Below, piece by piece: positions 34,144-44,700 of a stretch of DNA of 64,000 nucleotides; position 1 is the stretch's first letter, and the number at the start of each line of letters is the position of its first letter. The notes under the pieces are model-generated. The model saw only the letters and a program-made list of their open reading frames with translations. It searched no databases and was not told the origin of the DNA. The position numbers were made by a program, and so were the translations under genes. Source of the stretch: a virus (Duplodnaviria; Heunggongvirae; Uroviricota; Caudoviricetes; Schitoviridae); IMG/VR virus record IMGVR_UViG_2974544868_000001, positions 1 to 64,000 of that record. One strand, given 5' to 3'.

Positions 34144-35230
34144 TCTCACTCCCAAGGCTTTCGACGGCATGGTCCTGCAACTGGAAGCTGTGGCCCTGAA
34201 GGGCAACACTGGCGAACAAGGTGCTCCGGGAACCACTGGCTCTCCCGGCAAGTCCAACTATCAGCTGTGGCTGGAAGATGGGAATGTCGGCACCATCGAA
34301 GACTTCCTTGCCACCACCAAGGGTGAGAAGGGCGACCAAGGCGACAGTCTGACCAATCGTGGTGATTGGAAGATGGACACCTACAAGCCCGGCGACTTCG
34401 TGTTCGCTGCACGTAGTGCAGTGGACTCGCAGCGTACACTCTGGTTCCTGAAGGGTGATGAGATCTATCTCTCCACTGTGGCTCCGTTCAATGAGCCAGA
34501 GATGTGGGGCATGCTCGACATCATTGCAGGCATCAGTGATGCCCCAACCGATGGGAAGCAATATGCCCGCAAGAATGGCGAGTGGGTTGAGGTCGTCTCT
34601 GGCGGGGATATTGCCCGTGTGCTGACGTTGAACGATGCAACGACCATCGATCCATTCACCAAGTATGCCGAGTGGGAAGCTCTGTATGGTTTTGCCGCGG
34701 ACAGCTCCGACTGGGGCAGCACTTGGAACGTGGATGACGTTGCTGCTGTTGCATTCTCAGGTGCACGAGCTGGTGCAGATAGTCCGGCAATCTGCATCTC
34801 GTCCGAAGGACAAGTAGGCTGGGACTACAGTGGCAACCCAAGTGGTGGCAGCACTGCAATGCCTGTGCTGCCTCCTGATACGAGCCGTGCCTACTGGAAC
34901 CCCAATCCACGTCCGTGGCTTCTGCAATCGTTCCACCCGGTGGGGCAAGACTGTGAAGGTGTAGGAATGCTGGGCCATGCCATCCGTGGTGTTGGCCTGA
35001 TCTTCAAGGGCTTCATCCGAGTTCGCAGTACCACCAATGGCTGTTACTTCGCCATGCGTTTCATCGGTGGAACCATGGAGCTGTACTTGAAGTCTGTGGG
35101 CATCGCCTCGAATTACGTCATGTGTGACGTGTCGGGCAATGACAGTACGCCAGTCTTTACCCGGAAGCTGCCGACCAAGCAGATTCTTTCCGGTCAGCTG
35201 CTCGAAGTTCATTGGGCACCCGCCCCGTAA
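34136..35230 (+). CDS. collagen-like Gly-X-Y repeat protein (fiber-like) in the replication module
   Basis: 'GNTGEQGAPGTTGSPGKS' (6 triplets) and 'GEKGDQGDS' (3 triplets); internal ATG of track ORF 34118..35230. Confidence 0.55.
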   Translation: MADLTPKAFDGMVLQLEAVALKGNTGEQGAPGTTGSPGKSNYQLWLEDGNVGTIEDFLATTKGEKGDQGDSLTNRGDWKMDTYKPGDFVFAARSAVDSQRTLWFLKGDEIYLSTVAPFNEPEMWGMLDIIAGISDAPTDGKQYARKNGEWVEVVSGGDIARVLTLNDATTIDPFTKYAEWEALYGFAADSSDWGSTWNVDDVAAVAFSGARAGADSPAICISSEGQVGWDYSGNPSGGSTAMPVLPPDTSRAYWNPNPRPWLLQSFHPVGQDCEGVGMLGHAIRGVGLIFKGFIRVRSTTNGCYFAMRFIGGTMELYLKSVGIASNYVMCDVSGNDSTPVFTRKLPTKQILSGQLLEVHWAPAP

Positions 35231-35256
35231 TTTTTCTTGGTAGCAATACCACCCTT

Positions 35257-35279
35257 GGGGAGCTTCGGCTCCCCTTTTC
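35257..35279 (+). terminator. rho-independent terminator
   Basis: 'ggggagcttcggctcccc' followed by tttt. Confidence 0.75.
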
Positions 35280-35297
35280 AACTCAGGAGAAGTCTCC

Positions 35298-35672
35298 ATG
35301 CAAGATCACGTCAAGAAGCATTACTTCATCGCCTGCGGCCAAGTCGCATGGCGTCGTTCGGCCGATTCGGACGCGCTGCAAGTCGTCCCAGCCAACTCCG
35401 TTGCTGCCTTCGATGAGCCGTTCATCCGTCAGTTCAATCTGGCCCAGATCAACGCCTCGCTGGTCAACAACGTCGGTTCGCTGATCGGGGAAGAGATCGA
35501 TCCATCGCTGGTGGCTGGCGTCACCATCATGTCGATCAGCTCGCTGGGCTACATGTCGGAAGAACAGTTCCGCGCACAGCCGAACGGTGCCGTTCTGGCT
35601 CAGGAAATCCGTGGCCAGATGGAAGCAGTGGAAGCTGAAGAGACTGCCGCCAATCAGGCCGAGCGTGCCTGA
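35298..35672 (+). CDS. hypothetical protein (124 aa)
   Basis: RBS 'aggagaag'. Confidence 0.5.
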   Translation: MQDHVKKHYFIACGQVAWRRSADSDALQVVPANSVAAFDEPFIRQFNLAQINASLVNNVGSLIGEEIDPSLVAGVTIMSISSLGYMSEEQFRAQPNGAVLAQEIRGQMEAVEAEETAANQAERA

Positions 35673-35950
35673 TGCCTTACGTGCATGCCTCTGAATTCCT
35701 TCAGTCAGGCATCAACATTCTCGGTGAGCGTGCTGCTGACCGAGATGTCGTTGAAGAGCGATCCATGGCGCAAGTCGTGGCTCTCTTCAACCTGAAGCAT
35801 GGAACCAACCTGACGGAAGCTCAGGGTTGGAATTTCATGGCCACGTTGAAGGAAGTACGTGCCCGCATTGGCGGGAGGTTCCGGCCCGATGACTACATCG
35901 ACTGGCTGAACTATGTCGCTCTCGAAGCTGAGAGTCGATCCAAGCAGTAA
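35672..35950 (+). CDS. hypothetical protein (92 aa)
   Basis: TGATG overlap with the upstream gene. Confidence 0.45.
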   Translation: MPYVHASEFLQSGINILGERAADRDVVEERSMAQVVALFNLKHGTNLTEAQGWNFMATLKEVRARIGGRFRPDDYIDWLNYVALEAESRSKQ

Positions 35951-35954
35951 GGCT

Positions 35955-35990
35955 GAGTCGTAGTCCTTTTCTTGGGCTACGGCTCTTTTT
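35955..35990 (+). terminator. rho-independent terminator
   Basis: 12-bp stem 'gagtcgtagtcc/gggctacggctc' (two G.U pairs) followed by tttttatt. Confidence 0.65.
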
Positions 35991-36010
35991 ATTCCCACAG
36001 GAGAAGATCT

Positions 36011-37000
36011 GTGAAAGTCACCAACCGTACTGGCATTCCCCTGACGCTTGCCGTCTGGGCAGTGCACGACGACTACGACTACATCAAGGCTGACAAGTAC
36101 ATCAGTGTCACCACCCTGATGAAGCCGATCCGTCAGATCGTGCTGGGCTATCGACTGAAGCCCGAAGAACGTGAGCAACTCGACGTGGCTGACCTGATCA
36201 GTTCCTCGTGGGGATCTGCTCTCCATGGTTCCGTCGAAGCTGCATGGAACAAGTACCGTGTCAACCTGAAGCGACTGGGTTATCCCGACAGCATCATTGA
36301 GCGTGTACGCATCAATCCAACCCCTGAAGAAGTTGCTGCCAACAAGGACATCATCGCCATCTACATGGAGCAACGGGGAACCGTTTCTGTGAAAGGATGG
36401 ACAGTCGGCGGCAAGTTCGATTTCGTCGGTGAAGGTCAGGTGCAGGACAACAAGTCCACCACCGCATACACGTGGCTGTATGGAACCAAGGATGAGGACT
36501 ACAAGCTCCAGCTGAGCATGTACCGATTCATCCATCCGACCATCATCACTGAAGACACCGGGCAAGTGAACTTCCTGTTCACTGACTGGAAGAAGAGTGA
36601 TGCTCGCTCCAACCCCAAGTATCCGCAGAAGCGTCTTGAATCCAAGACGATTCCGCTGCTCTCAATCCGTGAGACTGAGAACTGGATAATGGGTCGTCTG
36701 GAGCTGATCGACCGTTACATGAACACTCCAGAATCCGAACTGCCTCGTTGCACGGATGAAGAACTCTGGCGGTCGGACCCGGTGCATAAGTATTACGCCG
36801 ACCCCAACAAGACCGAAGGGCGGTCAACCAAGAACTTCGAACACCGCTGGGAAGCCGATCAATACATGGCATCCAAGGGTGGCAAGGGCGTGGTCAAGAC
36901 CATCCCCGGTCAAGTCAAGCGCTGCGAGTATTGTGCTGTGTTCAACACGTGCACGCAGAAGAACGAGTATTTCCCAACCAACGAGGTGCAAAATGATTGA
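36011..37000 (+). CDS. PD-(D/E)XK nuclease with Cas4/RecB-like Fe-S cysteine cluster
   Basis: GTG after RBS 'aggagaag'; an N-terminal-side Cys (PRCTDE) plus C-terminal 'CEYCAVFNTC' (Cx2Cx5C), the Cas4 four-Cys arrangement. Confidence 0.5.
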   Translation: MKVTNRTGIPLTLAVWAVHDDYDYIKADKYISVTTLMKPIRQIVLGYRLKPEEREQLDVADLISSSWGSALHGSVEAAWNKYRVNLKRLGYPDSIIERVRINPTPEEVAANKDIIAIYMEQRGTVSVKGWTVGGKFDFVGEGQVQDNKSTTAYTWLYGTKDEDYKLQLSMYRFIHPTIITEDTGQVNFLFTDWKKSDARSNPKYPQKRLESKTIPLLSIRETENWIMGRLELIDRYMNTPESELPRCTDEELWRSDPVHKYYADPNKTEGRSTKNFEHRWEADQYMASKGGKGVVKTIPGQVKRCEYCAVFNTCTQKNEYFPTNEVQND

Positions 37001-39152
37001 CCTGAGCACTGCACAGCACCACATCACGATTGAAGAGATCGTGGATGTCCTGTGCAACAAGACTCAGAACACGGATCGTGGCTTCTTCCGGGCAGTGGTG
37101 GCTTACTTCCTTGCGAAGATGGCCAGTTGTCAGCGTGCAACGTTGATGACCAAGGATCGTGGCGAGATTCCGGTGAACATGTATGCACTTGCTCTGGCCA
37201 CTTCTGGCTACGGCAAGGGCCATTCTGTCGGGATCTTGGAAAACGAACTGATGAAGGGGTTCAAGGACCGCTTCACTCAGGACACGATGCCACTCATCGC
37301 CGAACAGACTCACTGGGACATCGCCAACAAGCGTGCTCTGCGAGCTGGTACTGATCCGAACGAAGAGTACGAGAAGGTCAGTGGTGACGCTATCCGTAGC
37401 GGCAAGCCACTCTTTACCTTCGACAGTGGTACGGTCCCGGCAGTCAAGCAGATGCGCCATGCACTGCTGCTGGCTGGCTGTGGTTCCATCAACCTTCAGA
37501 TCGATGAGATCGGTTCGAACCTGATCGGCAATGTCGATCTGCTCAACGTGTTCTTGGAGCTGTATGACCAAGGCATCGTGAAGGGCAAGCTGGTCAAGAA
37601 CACTGCCGAGAACACCCGCAGTGAAGAGGTGGATGGCAAGACGCCAACCAACCTGCTGCTGTTCGGTGCACCGGCAAAGTTGCTGGATGGCGGACAGACC
37701 GAAGACCAGTTCTATTCGTTCCTCGAAACCGGCTATGCACGTCGTTGTCTGTTCGGCATCGGCCAGCAGGATCGCAAGGCGTTCCACAGCCAGTCGGCCG
37801 AAGAGATCTACAAGCGTCTGATCCAGCCCACGAACAGTGCAGCAGTCAAGAAGTGGGCGCAGCATTTCCACTCGCTGGCTGATCCGAACATGTTCGGCTG
37901 GCGGATGGACGTGTCAGACGAAGTGTCCATCAAGCTGCTGGAGTACAAGATCAACTGCGAGAAGGCAGCTGATCTGATGCCAGAGCATGATGAGATCAAG
38001 AAAGCGGAGCTGTCCCACCGTTACTTCAAGTCTCTGAAGCTGGCCGGTGCACTGGCATTCGTGGAGCAATCCCCGGAAGTCACCATGGATCATCTTCTGT
38101 CGGCCATCAAGCTGGTTGAGGAATCGGGTACTGCATTCCAGTCCATCCTGAACCGCAAGAAGGCTTACATGAAGTTGGCTGAGTTCATCGCCAGCATCGA
38201 TGGTGAAGTGACCCATGCGGATCTCAACGAACAGCTTCCGTTCTACAAGACGGGTGTTGGCTTCCGTAACGAGATCATGTCCATGGCAACGGCATGGGGT
38301 TACAAGCAGCACATCATCATCAAGAAGCGCTTCGAGGCAGGCATCGAATTCTTCAGCGGTGAAACGCTGGAGGAAACCGATCTGAACGAAATGGTCGTGT
38401 CGTACAGCGATAACTTCGCTTTCGACTACAGTGCCGAACGAGTGCCGTTCGAAGAACTGCACACGCTGATGAATGCTCCGGGCTACCACTGGTGCAACCA
38501 TCACTTCATGGGCAACCACCGTCTGGAAGACAAGGCAGTCCCCGGCTTCAACATGCTGGTGATCGACGTGGATTCCGGTGTGTCCCTGCAAGCGGCACAG
38601 GAACTGATGAAGGAATATCGGTTCATGACCTACACCACGAAGCGTCATCAGACCGAAGGTCATGGTGATCGTTTCCGGATGCTGATCCCGATCAACTACC
38701 ACCTGAAGTTGGATTCGGATGACTACAAGGAGTTCATGAACAACATCATGGCCTCCCTGCCATTCAAGTCCGACGAAGCTGCGAACCAGCGATCCAAGAA
38801 GTGGGAGTCGTTCGAACACGGTGAGGTGTTCTACAACAACGATGGCGTGATCTTCGATGCACTGAAGTTCATTCCGAAGACCAGCAAGAACGAGGAACAT
38901 CGGGCCGAGTTCAAGAAGGTTGAGAATCTGGACAACCTCCAGCGTTGGTTCGCTCAAAAGATCAACTCTGAGGGCAACCGCAACAACAACCTGCTGCGCT
39001 ATGCAATGTCCCTCGTGGACAGTGGCTGGCAGCTGCTGGATGTCCAGAACGCCCTGCTCAGTTTCAACCAGATGCTGGAAAGCCCACTGGATGACACCGA
39101 GATCCGTTCCACGATTCTGGTGAGCGTTGGAAAGCGCTATCAGAAGTCCTGA
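36993..39152 (+). CDS. primase-like protein (N4 gp42/VirE-type, C-terminal primase domain)
   Basis: 720 aa; 'SGYGKG' P-loop-like motif; the C-terminal region (HWCNHHFMGNHRLEDKAVPGF...) has the weak character of a primase-polymerase domain; ATG overlaps the upstream stop. Confidence 0.4.
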   Translation: MIDLSTAQHHITIEEIVDVLCNKTQNTDRGFFRAVVAYFLAKMASCQRATLMTKDRGEIPVNMYALALATSGYGKGHSVGILENELMKGFKDRFTQDTMPLIAEQTHWDIANKRALRAGTDPNEEYEKVSGDAIRSGKPLFTFDSGTVPAVKQMRHALLLAGCGSINLQIDEIGSNLIGNVDLLNVFLELYDQGIVKGKLVKNTAENTRSEEVDGKTPTNLLLFGAPAKLLDGGQTEDQFYSFLETGYARRCLFGIGQQDRKAFHSQSAEEIYKRLIQPTNSAAVKKWAQHFHSLADPNMFGWRMDVSDEVSIKLLEYKINCEKAADLMPEHDEIKKAELSHRYFKSLKLAGALAFVEQSPEVTMDHLLSAIKLVEESGTAFQSILNRKKAYMKLAEFIASIDGEVTHADLNEQLPFYKTGVGFRNEIMSMATAWGYKQHIIIKKRFEAGIEFFSGETLEETDLNEMVVSYSDNFAFDYSAERVPFEELHTLMNAPGYHWCNHHFMGNHRLEDKAVPGFNMLVIDVDSGVSLQAAQELMKEYRFMTYTTKRHQTEGHGDRFRMLIPINYHLKLDSDDYKEFMNNIMASLPFKSDEAANQRSKKWESFEHGEVFYNNDGVIFDALKFIPKTSKNEEHRAEFKKVENLDNLQRWFAQKINSEGNRNNNLLRYAMSLVDSGWQLLDVQNALLSFNQMLESPLDDTEIRSTILVSVGKRYQKS

Positions 39153-39181
39153 CCAGTTCTTTCCCTGAAGGAGTTTTGCCC

Positions 39182-39940
39182 GTGAGCACCGAAGAAGAAG
39201 ATCTCGACATCGAGATCAATGACCAGCTGGTTCTGATCAGTGGTCAATCGGCAACCGGCAAGTCCGCATCGCTGCGGAACATCCGGAACCAGTCACGCTG
39301 GGTCTACATGGGTACGGAGGCAGGCAAGCGTCTGCCTTTCCGTAACCAGTTCAACTCGATCCGCATCACCGATCCTTATCAAGTATTCACGTACATTGAT
39401 GAGTGCATCGCCAACCCCGATGAAGTTGATGGCGTCATCATCGATTCCATCACGTTCCTCATGGACATGTTCGAGACCCAGTATGTGATCGGGTCTGCCA
39501 ACACCATGCAGGCATGGGGTGCCTATCAGCAGTTCTTCAAGCAGCTGATGGGCAAGATTGCCCAGTTCGGTAAGCCGGTCATCCTGACTGCACACACCTT
39601 GACGGTCTACAACGAAACAACGATGACCAACGAGACCAGTGTGCCGATCAAGGGTGCCCTGAAGAACAATGGTATCGAAGCCTACTTCTCCACCGTCGTG
39701 TCCACCAAGAAGGTGACGCTGAAGGAGCTGGAGAAGTTCAGCAGCGGTCTGTTGGAAATCACCGAAGAAGAGAAGGAACTCGGTTTCAAGTACGTGTTCC
39801 AGACTCGCATCACCAAGAACACCACTGGCGAACGCATCCGTTCCCCAATGGGCATGTTCGACCGGAGCCAGACCTACATCGACAACGATGCTCAGGCCGT
39901 GGTTGATCACCTCACCAAGTTCTACAACCAAGCCGCCTGA
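39182..39940 (+). CDS. Sak4-like/AAA_24 RecA-fold ATPase
   Basis: GTG 7 nt after 'gaaggag'; Walker A 'GQSATGKS', Walker B 'GVIIDSIT'; about 250 aa. Confidence 0.5.
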   Translation: MSTEEEDLDIEINDQLVLISGQSATGKSASLRNIRNQSRWVYMGTEAGKRLPFRNQFNSIRITDPYQVFTYIDECIANPDEVDGVIIDSITFLMDMFETQYVIGSANTMQAWGAYQQFFKQLMGKIAQFGKPVILTAHTLTVYNETTMTNETSVPIKGALKNNGIEAYFSTVVSTKKVTLKELEKFSSGLLEITEEEKELGFKYVFQTRITKNTTGERIRSPMGMFDRSQTYIDNDAQAVVDHLTKFYNQAA

Positions 39941-39969
39941 AGCGGCGGACAACAAAGAGAGAAATAGCA

Positions 39970-40710
39970 ATGTTCAAGAATCTGAAGACCGAAGGTCTGG
40001 AACAGTCCGAAGATCGTCTGGGTGGTGGCTTCAGCAAGCTGCCGACCGACATCTACACCGGCGTGATCAAGCAGTTCTACGGCATGAAGTCGTCCGGTGG
40101 TGCTCAGGGCGTCGTCCTGATCATCGACATCAACGGTCAGGAGTACCGTGAGTCGATCTACGCCACCAACAAGAAGGGCGAGAACTTCTACCAGAAGGAC
40201 GGCAAGAACTACCAGCTGCCCGGCTTCATCACCCTCAACGACATTGCCCTGTGCACTGTCGGCAAGCAGCTCAACGAGCTGGAATGGGAAGAGAAGCAGG
40301 TCAAGCAGTACGACTTCGAGAAGAAGGCTGAAGTGGTCAAGGCCGCTGAAGTCGCCGTCGAACTGATCGGCCAGACCGTCACCGTCGCCATCGTGAACAC
40401 CCTGAAGAACAAGCAGGAGAAGAACGCTGCTGGTGACTACGTGGACGTGGCCGGTGATCGTGAAGAGAACCACATCGAGAAGGTGTTCGACACCGACTCG
40501 CTGATGACCGTCCGCGAAGCCATCGACAAGAAGGAATCGGCCGAGTTCCACCCGCAGTGGCTGGAAAAGAACAAGGGCCAGCAGCGCGACAAGCGTTCGA
40601 TCAAGGACGGTCAGACCGCTGGCAACGCTGGTGCTCCGCCGAAGTCCGGTGGTGCCAGCTCGGCTCCGCCGACCAGCTCCGGTGCCAGCCTGTTCAAGAA
40701 GAAGTCGTGA
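39970..40710 (+). CDS. probable ssDNA-binding protein (N4 SSB-like), Gly/Ser-rich acidic tail
   Basis: RBS 'aaagagag'; the size and position between the recombinase ATPase and RuvC mirror N4; the C-terminal low-complexity tail is typical of an SSB. Confidence 0.4.
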   Translation: MFKNLKTEGLEQSEDRLGGGFSKLPTDIYTGVIKQFYGMKSSGGAQGVVLIIDINGQEYRESIYATNKKGENFYQKDGKNYQLPGFITLNDIALCTVGKQLNELEWEEKQVKQYDFEKKAEVVKAAEVAVELIGQTVTVAIVNTLKNKQEKNAAGDYVDVAGDREENHIEKVFDTDSLMTVREAIDKKESAEFHPQWLEKNKGQQRDKRSIKDGQTAGNAGAPPKSGGASSAPPTSSGASLFKKKS

Positions 40711-41261
40711 TGAAAATCCCGGTCCTCGGAATGGACCCCAGTTTGCGTAACTGGGGTCTAGCAGAAGCAACTCTGTGTCTGGAGACCGGGATTCTCTCCA
40801 CGCCTGTACTCAGCACCATCGCAACGAAGGTGGATGAGTCAAAGCAAGTTCGGCAGAACTCGAAGGACTTGCAGACCGCCGAACAACTCGCACGGGGTGC
40901 TCTCGCAGCAGCCCGTCGAGCCAAGGTGGTATTCGTGGAGGTTCCCGTTGGCTCGCAATCTGCACGAGCCATGGCGTCATACGGAACCTGCGTAGGTGTA
41001 CTCGGAGCACTCCGGGCCGAAGGCATTCAGCTCATCGAAGTGACCCCTCTTGAAGTCAAGACCCACTTGGCTGGCAAGAAGACGGCTACCAAAGAAGAGA
41101 TGATTGAGGCCGCAGTACGGTTCTACCCCGATGCAAACTGGCCACGCCAAAAAGGGAAGGTGGTAGCCAAAGCGGAACACATGGCAGATGCCATCGGCAC
41201 CATTCACGCAGGAGTCCACACTCCGATGTTCCAACAACTCATGCGATTACTCGCACCCTGA
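40710..41261 (+). CDS. RuvC-like Holliday-junction resolvase
   Basis: 'MKIPVLGMDPSLRNWGLA' matches the RuvC N-terminal signature ('ILGIDPG.R..GYA'); ATGA overlap with the upstream gene; in frame with track ORF 40557..41261. Confidence 0.65.
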   Translation: MKIPVLGMDPSLRNWGLAEATLCLETGILSTPVLSTIATKVDESKQVRQNSKDLQTAEQLARGALAAARRAKVVFVEVPVGSQSARAMASYGTCVGVLGALRAEGIQLIEVTPLEVKTHLAGKKTATKEEMIEAAVRFYPDANWPRQKGKVVAKAEHMADAIGTIHAGVHTPMFQQLMRLLAP

Positions 41262-41276
41262 ACCAAGGAAGCCCAT

Positions 41277-41708
41277 ATGGCCCTCGAAATCACCATCGAT
41301 CAGAACGAGATCGAAACCGCAATCAAGAATCACGTTGGTTCGCTGCTGACCGTCAAGGAAGGCCAGAACGTCAACATCAGCCTGAAGGCTGGCCGTGGTG
41401 AAAACGGCTTCTCGGCCACCATCGAGATCGGCTCCACGCCGAGCACCCAGCCGACCACCACCCAGAGCCAGCCGGAAACGGCCGGTCCGGTCGTCACCGG
41501 CCCGTTCAAGCGTACCGCCAAGGCAACCCCAGCTCCGGCACAGGAAGCCCCGCAGGCGACCGCACAGGCCGAACCAGTGGCCGGTGAACCGGACCCGGTG
41601 GCCACCGCTGGCGATGATGCTGGTCTGGACACCCCGACCGAAGCACCGAAGGCTGGCCTGTTCGCCCATCTGGGCAACCGTACCGGCACCGACAAGTCGG
41701 CTGAGTAA
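41277..41708 (+). CDS. hypothetical protein with Pro/Thr/Ala-rich disordered C-terminal half
   Basis: RBS 'aaggaag'; last + strand gene before the convergent terminator. Confidence 0.5.
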   Translation: MALEITIDQNEIETAIKNHVGSLLTVKEGQNVNISLKAGRGENGFSATIEIGSTPSTQPTTTQSQPETAGPVVTGPFKRTAKATPAPAQEAPQATAQAEPVAGEPDPVATAGDDAGLDTPTEAPKAGLFAHLGNRTGTDKSAE

Positions 41709-41730
41709 GCTGACCCACGGTAAGTAGGAA

Positions 41731-41760
41731 GAAGGCTCCCTTTCGGGAGCCTTCTTTTTT
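41731..41760. terminator. convergent (bidirectional) terminator between the + arm and the - late arm
   Basis: palindromic 'gaaggctccctttcgggagccttc' followed by tttttt; the vRNAP stop is at 41762. Confidence 0.75.
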
Positions 41761-41761
41761 G

Positions 41762-44700
41762 TCAATTCACCAGATTGATCCAAGGGTTCAGGAGTGGTGC
41801 TCGCATCGCCTGCCCAATGCCGACCGAGTAGTCGAGGGAACCATCACCCAGCTTGGCGAAGAGGTTGTCCTCAATCGGCAGACCCACGGAGCCGAACATG
41901 GTCGGAGCCGGGGAAGCCACTGCCAGCAGGCTGTGCAGGGGGTTGTTCCGGATCATGCTCAGACCAACCTTGGCCGAACGGATCTTGAAGTTCCAGAACC
42001 AGAGCAGGCCGATGGACTCCAGGTATCCACGGAAGCGACCCGGTAGGCGGTCATAGTTCACGAACTCTTCCGTGATCCGACCCAGTGCGTATTCCGGCGA
42101 CTTCTTCTGACGCTTGGTCAGATCGTCATACAGGATGGCCTTGGCCACGAAGTCACCGTACTGGATCGCCTTCTGAAGACCTTGGTACAGAGCCGTGTCC
42201 TTGGTGATCAAGGCGTAACGACCCAGAGTCTTCAGACCATCAGGCAACTGATCCGTCTTCTTCTCGATGTACGAATGCAGCTTGCCCGATGCCAGATCAA
42301 TGTCATCGGTGGTCAAGCCAACATCCGAGATCGCAGTGAACTCACCAGCTTCGATCAGTGGCCAGATCGACAGACGCTTGTGACTGTCGGTGATGGACTG
42401 AATCTCAGCCTTCAACTTGCGCTGCTGAACCAAGGAGGTAGATGCACGCAGCTCAGCCTCAGCATCAATCTGACGGATGCGGGACTTCACGTAGCTGTCA
42501 ATCTCCGATGCCTTCTGAGGGTAGCCCTTGGCAACATTCAGCAGTGGCACACCACGACCAACCAACTGGTACACGTTGGCGATGGAGTTGGAGATTGGCA
42601 CGATGACCGACTTCACAACGATCAGGGTACGTGCATCCTGCACGAAGTTCTGAAGCGTCTTCTCAGCATTGGTGATGTAGCTGTATGCCTTGTTTCCGAA
42701 CAGGCCCAGTGCCAGCTTCTTCGCAGTGTCCTGAGTTTCCTTGGACCAGCGAGTATTGCCGGTGAACACGTCACCAGTCGAAGCGGAACGATAGCCGATG
42801 GCATCGTTGAGCATGTCCTTACGGACCCAGAACTCATCACCAAACTTCTGGGAGATGTAGTTGCGGGTCTCAGCACTGAACAGGGATGCAGCATCCTTGA
42901 TCACACTGTCCTTCTGATTGAACAGATTGACGTACTGATTCTTTGCGGACACAGAAGCCTTAGTGTCACGCTCATACATGTCATGCAGAGCATCGACCAG
43001 TCGCTCATTGTAGAACTGAGCCTTCGCCTCTTCGACCTGACGACCACGCCATACACCGATCATCTTGGCGAAATGATCATCCACATTCAGTCGCTGGGTC
43101 TGCTGCGGATCAACCATCCGCTCGTAGGCCACAGGGACACCCTTATCGCTGTAGATCGCACGCAGTGGTTCTGCCTGCTTGGCACGAGCCAGACCAGTGT
43201 TGCTGTAGGCAGTCATCGCAGCAGTGATGGCATCGACCTGAGCCTTCTCGGTGATGCGACCAGCAACCATCGTGTCGTGGCTGAAGCCAGTTACAGCATC
43301 CACACCATTCGAGGTGTTGCGAACGTTCTGGAAGATGCCCTGATTGTAGGCAGCACGGCCAGACACAGGTGCGTAGTAGTAGCCCTTCTTACTGGCTCCA
43401 CGCTCCAAGAAGCTGCCCTTGTAGTCAGCCACACGGACATAGCTACGTTCGGTCAGGCTGGCGAACTCACGATCATCAGCAACCAACAGAGTCACACCCG
43501 GCTGGTTCAGAGTCGGGATGTAGCCCTTGAACTGGTTGAACTTGGCACGAGTGGTCTTGGCCTTGTTGTACTCATCCTTACGCTGACCACGCAGATACGC
43601 CAGAGAGAAGTCCATCCCCTCAGCTTCATTGGTGATCAGGTTGTTGAGGTCAAAGCGAACCATGGGATCAAGCTGCTCAACTGCATACAGGGTGGTCAGC
43701 TTGTCCATGGCATCAACCACAGATGCCTGCGGAATCTTCCAAGTGCCTTGCTTACGCTCACCCAGCAGGCGAGAGATAGCGAAGGCATTGCCCAGCAGGT
43801 TGTAGCCAGCCTCGCCAGTCATCATGTAGTTGGCCAACTGCTTCATCTTCGACTGGTACAGGTTGAAGTGCGAACCAGTGTCCTTGGCCAGCTGCGATTC
43901 CAGTGCGCTGATTTCGGCAGCACGGGTTGCATCGTCCATGAACTTCAGGCCATCAGCACCCAGCACAGCCAGATCCGTCTTGCCCAGACCACGATGCAGC
44001 TGGCTCCATTCCTTGGAAGTCAGCTCACGCGAGAACTTCTTGGCAATGACAGTCGGCAGATGCTCACGGAACTGCTGACGATCCTGCTGAACCATGGAAC
44101 GAACATGCTTGATCATGTCGTAGATGGTCGAGTTGTTGTCGGTACGGCCAACCAGATCGTTGAAGAAGTCGTGCATCGGCTTCCACATGTTGGCTCGGTT
44201 CGACATCTCCATGAAGCCCTCGGCAACCCGAGCACCACGTTCCTCGGTTGCCATGGAAGCCATGATGCGAGTGCCTTGAGCCAGTGCACGAACCACCTTG
44301 TTCGAGGTGGTCTGGGCAACAGTATCGGCACGAGCTATCACTGCCTCACTCAGCTTGGTGACGCCATCGATGATGTACTGGTTGCCTCGATCCAGAATGC
44401 CACCAGTCTTGGAAGCGTACTGATCAATGAAGGACTGTTCGTCCTGAGCGTTCTCGTACATCTGGTTCATCAACGCATCCATTGCGTCACCCACATTCTT
44501 CGACTTGCGGGTGCCGCTCAGATAACCGTTGAGGTTGTCCATAGCCGTCTGACCGGCATTGTTCAGCAGACCATCCACAGTGTTGGTCTTGTCCTTGACA
44601 GACTTCGGCAGTGCCATCTTGCTCAGCACCGAACGGAATTGATCATTGGTCATCGACAGAGCAACGAACACCGGCAGCAGAGAACTACGGCCCTTGGCAT

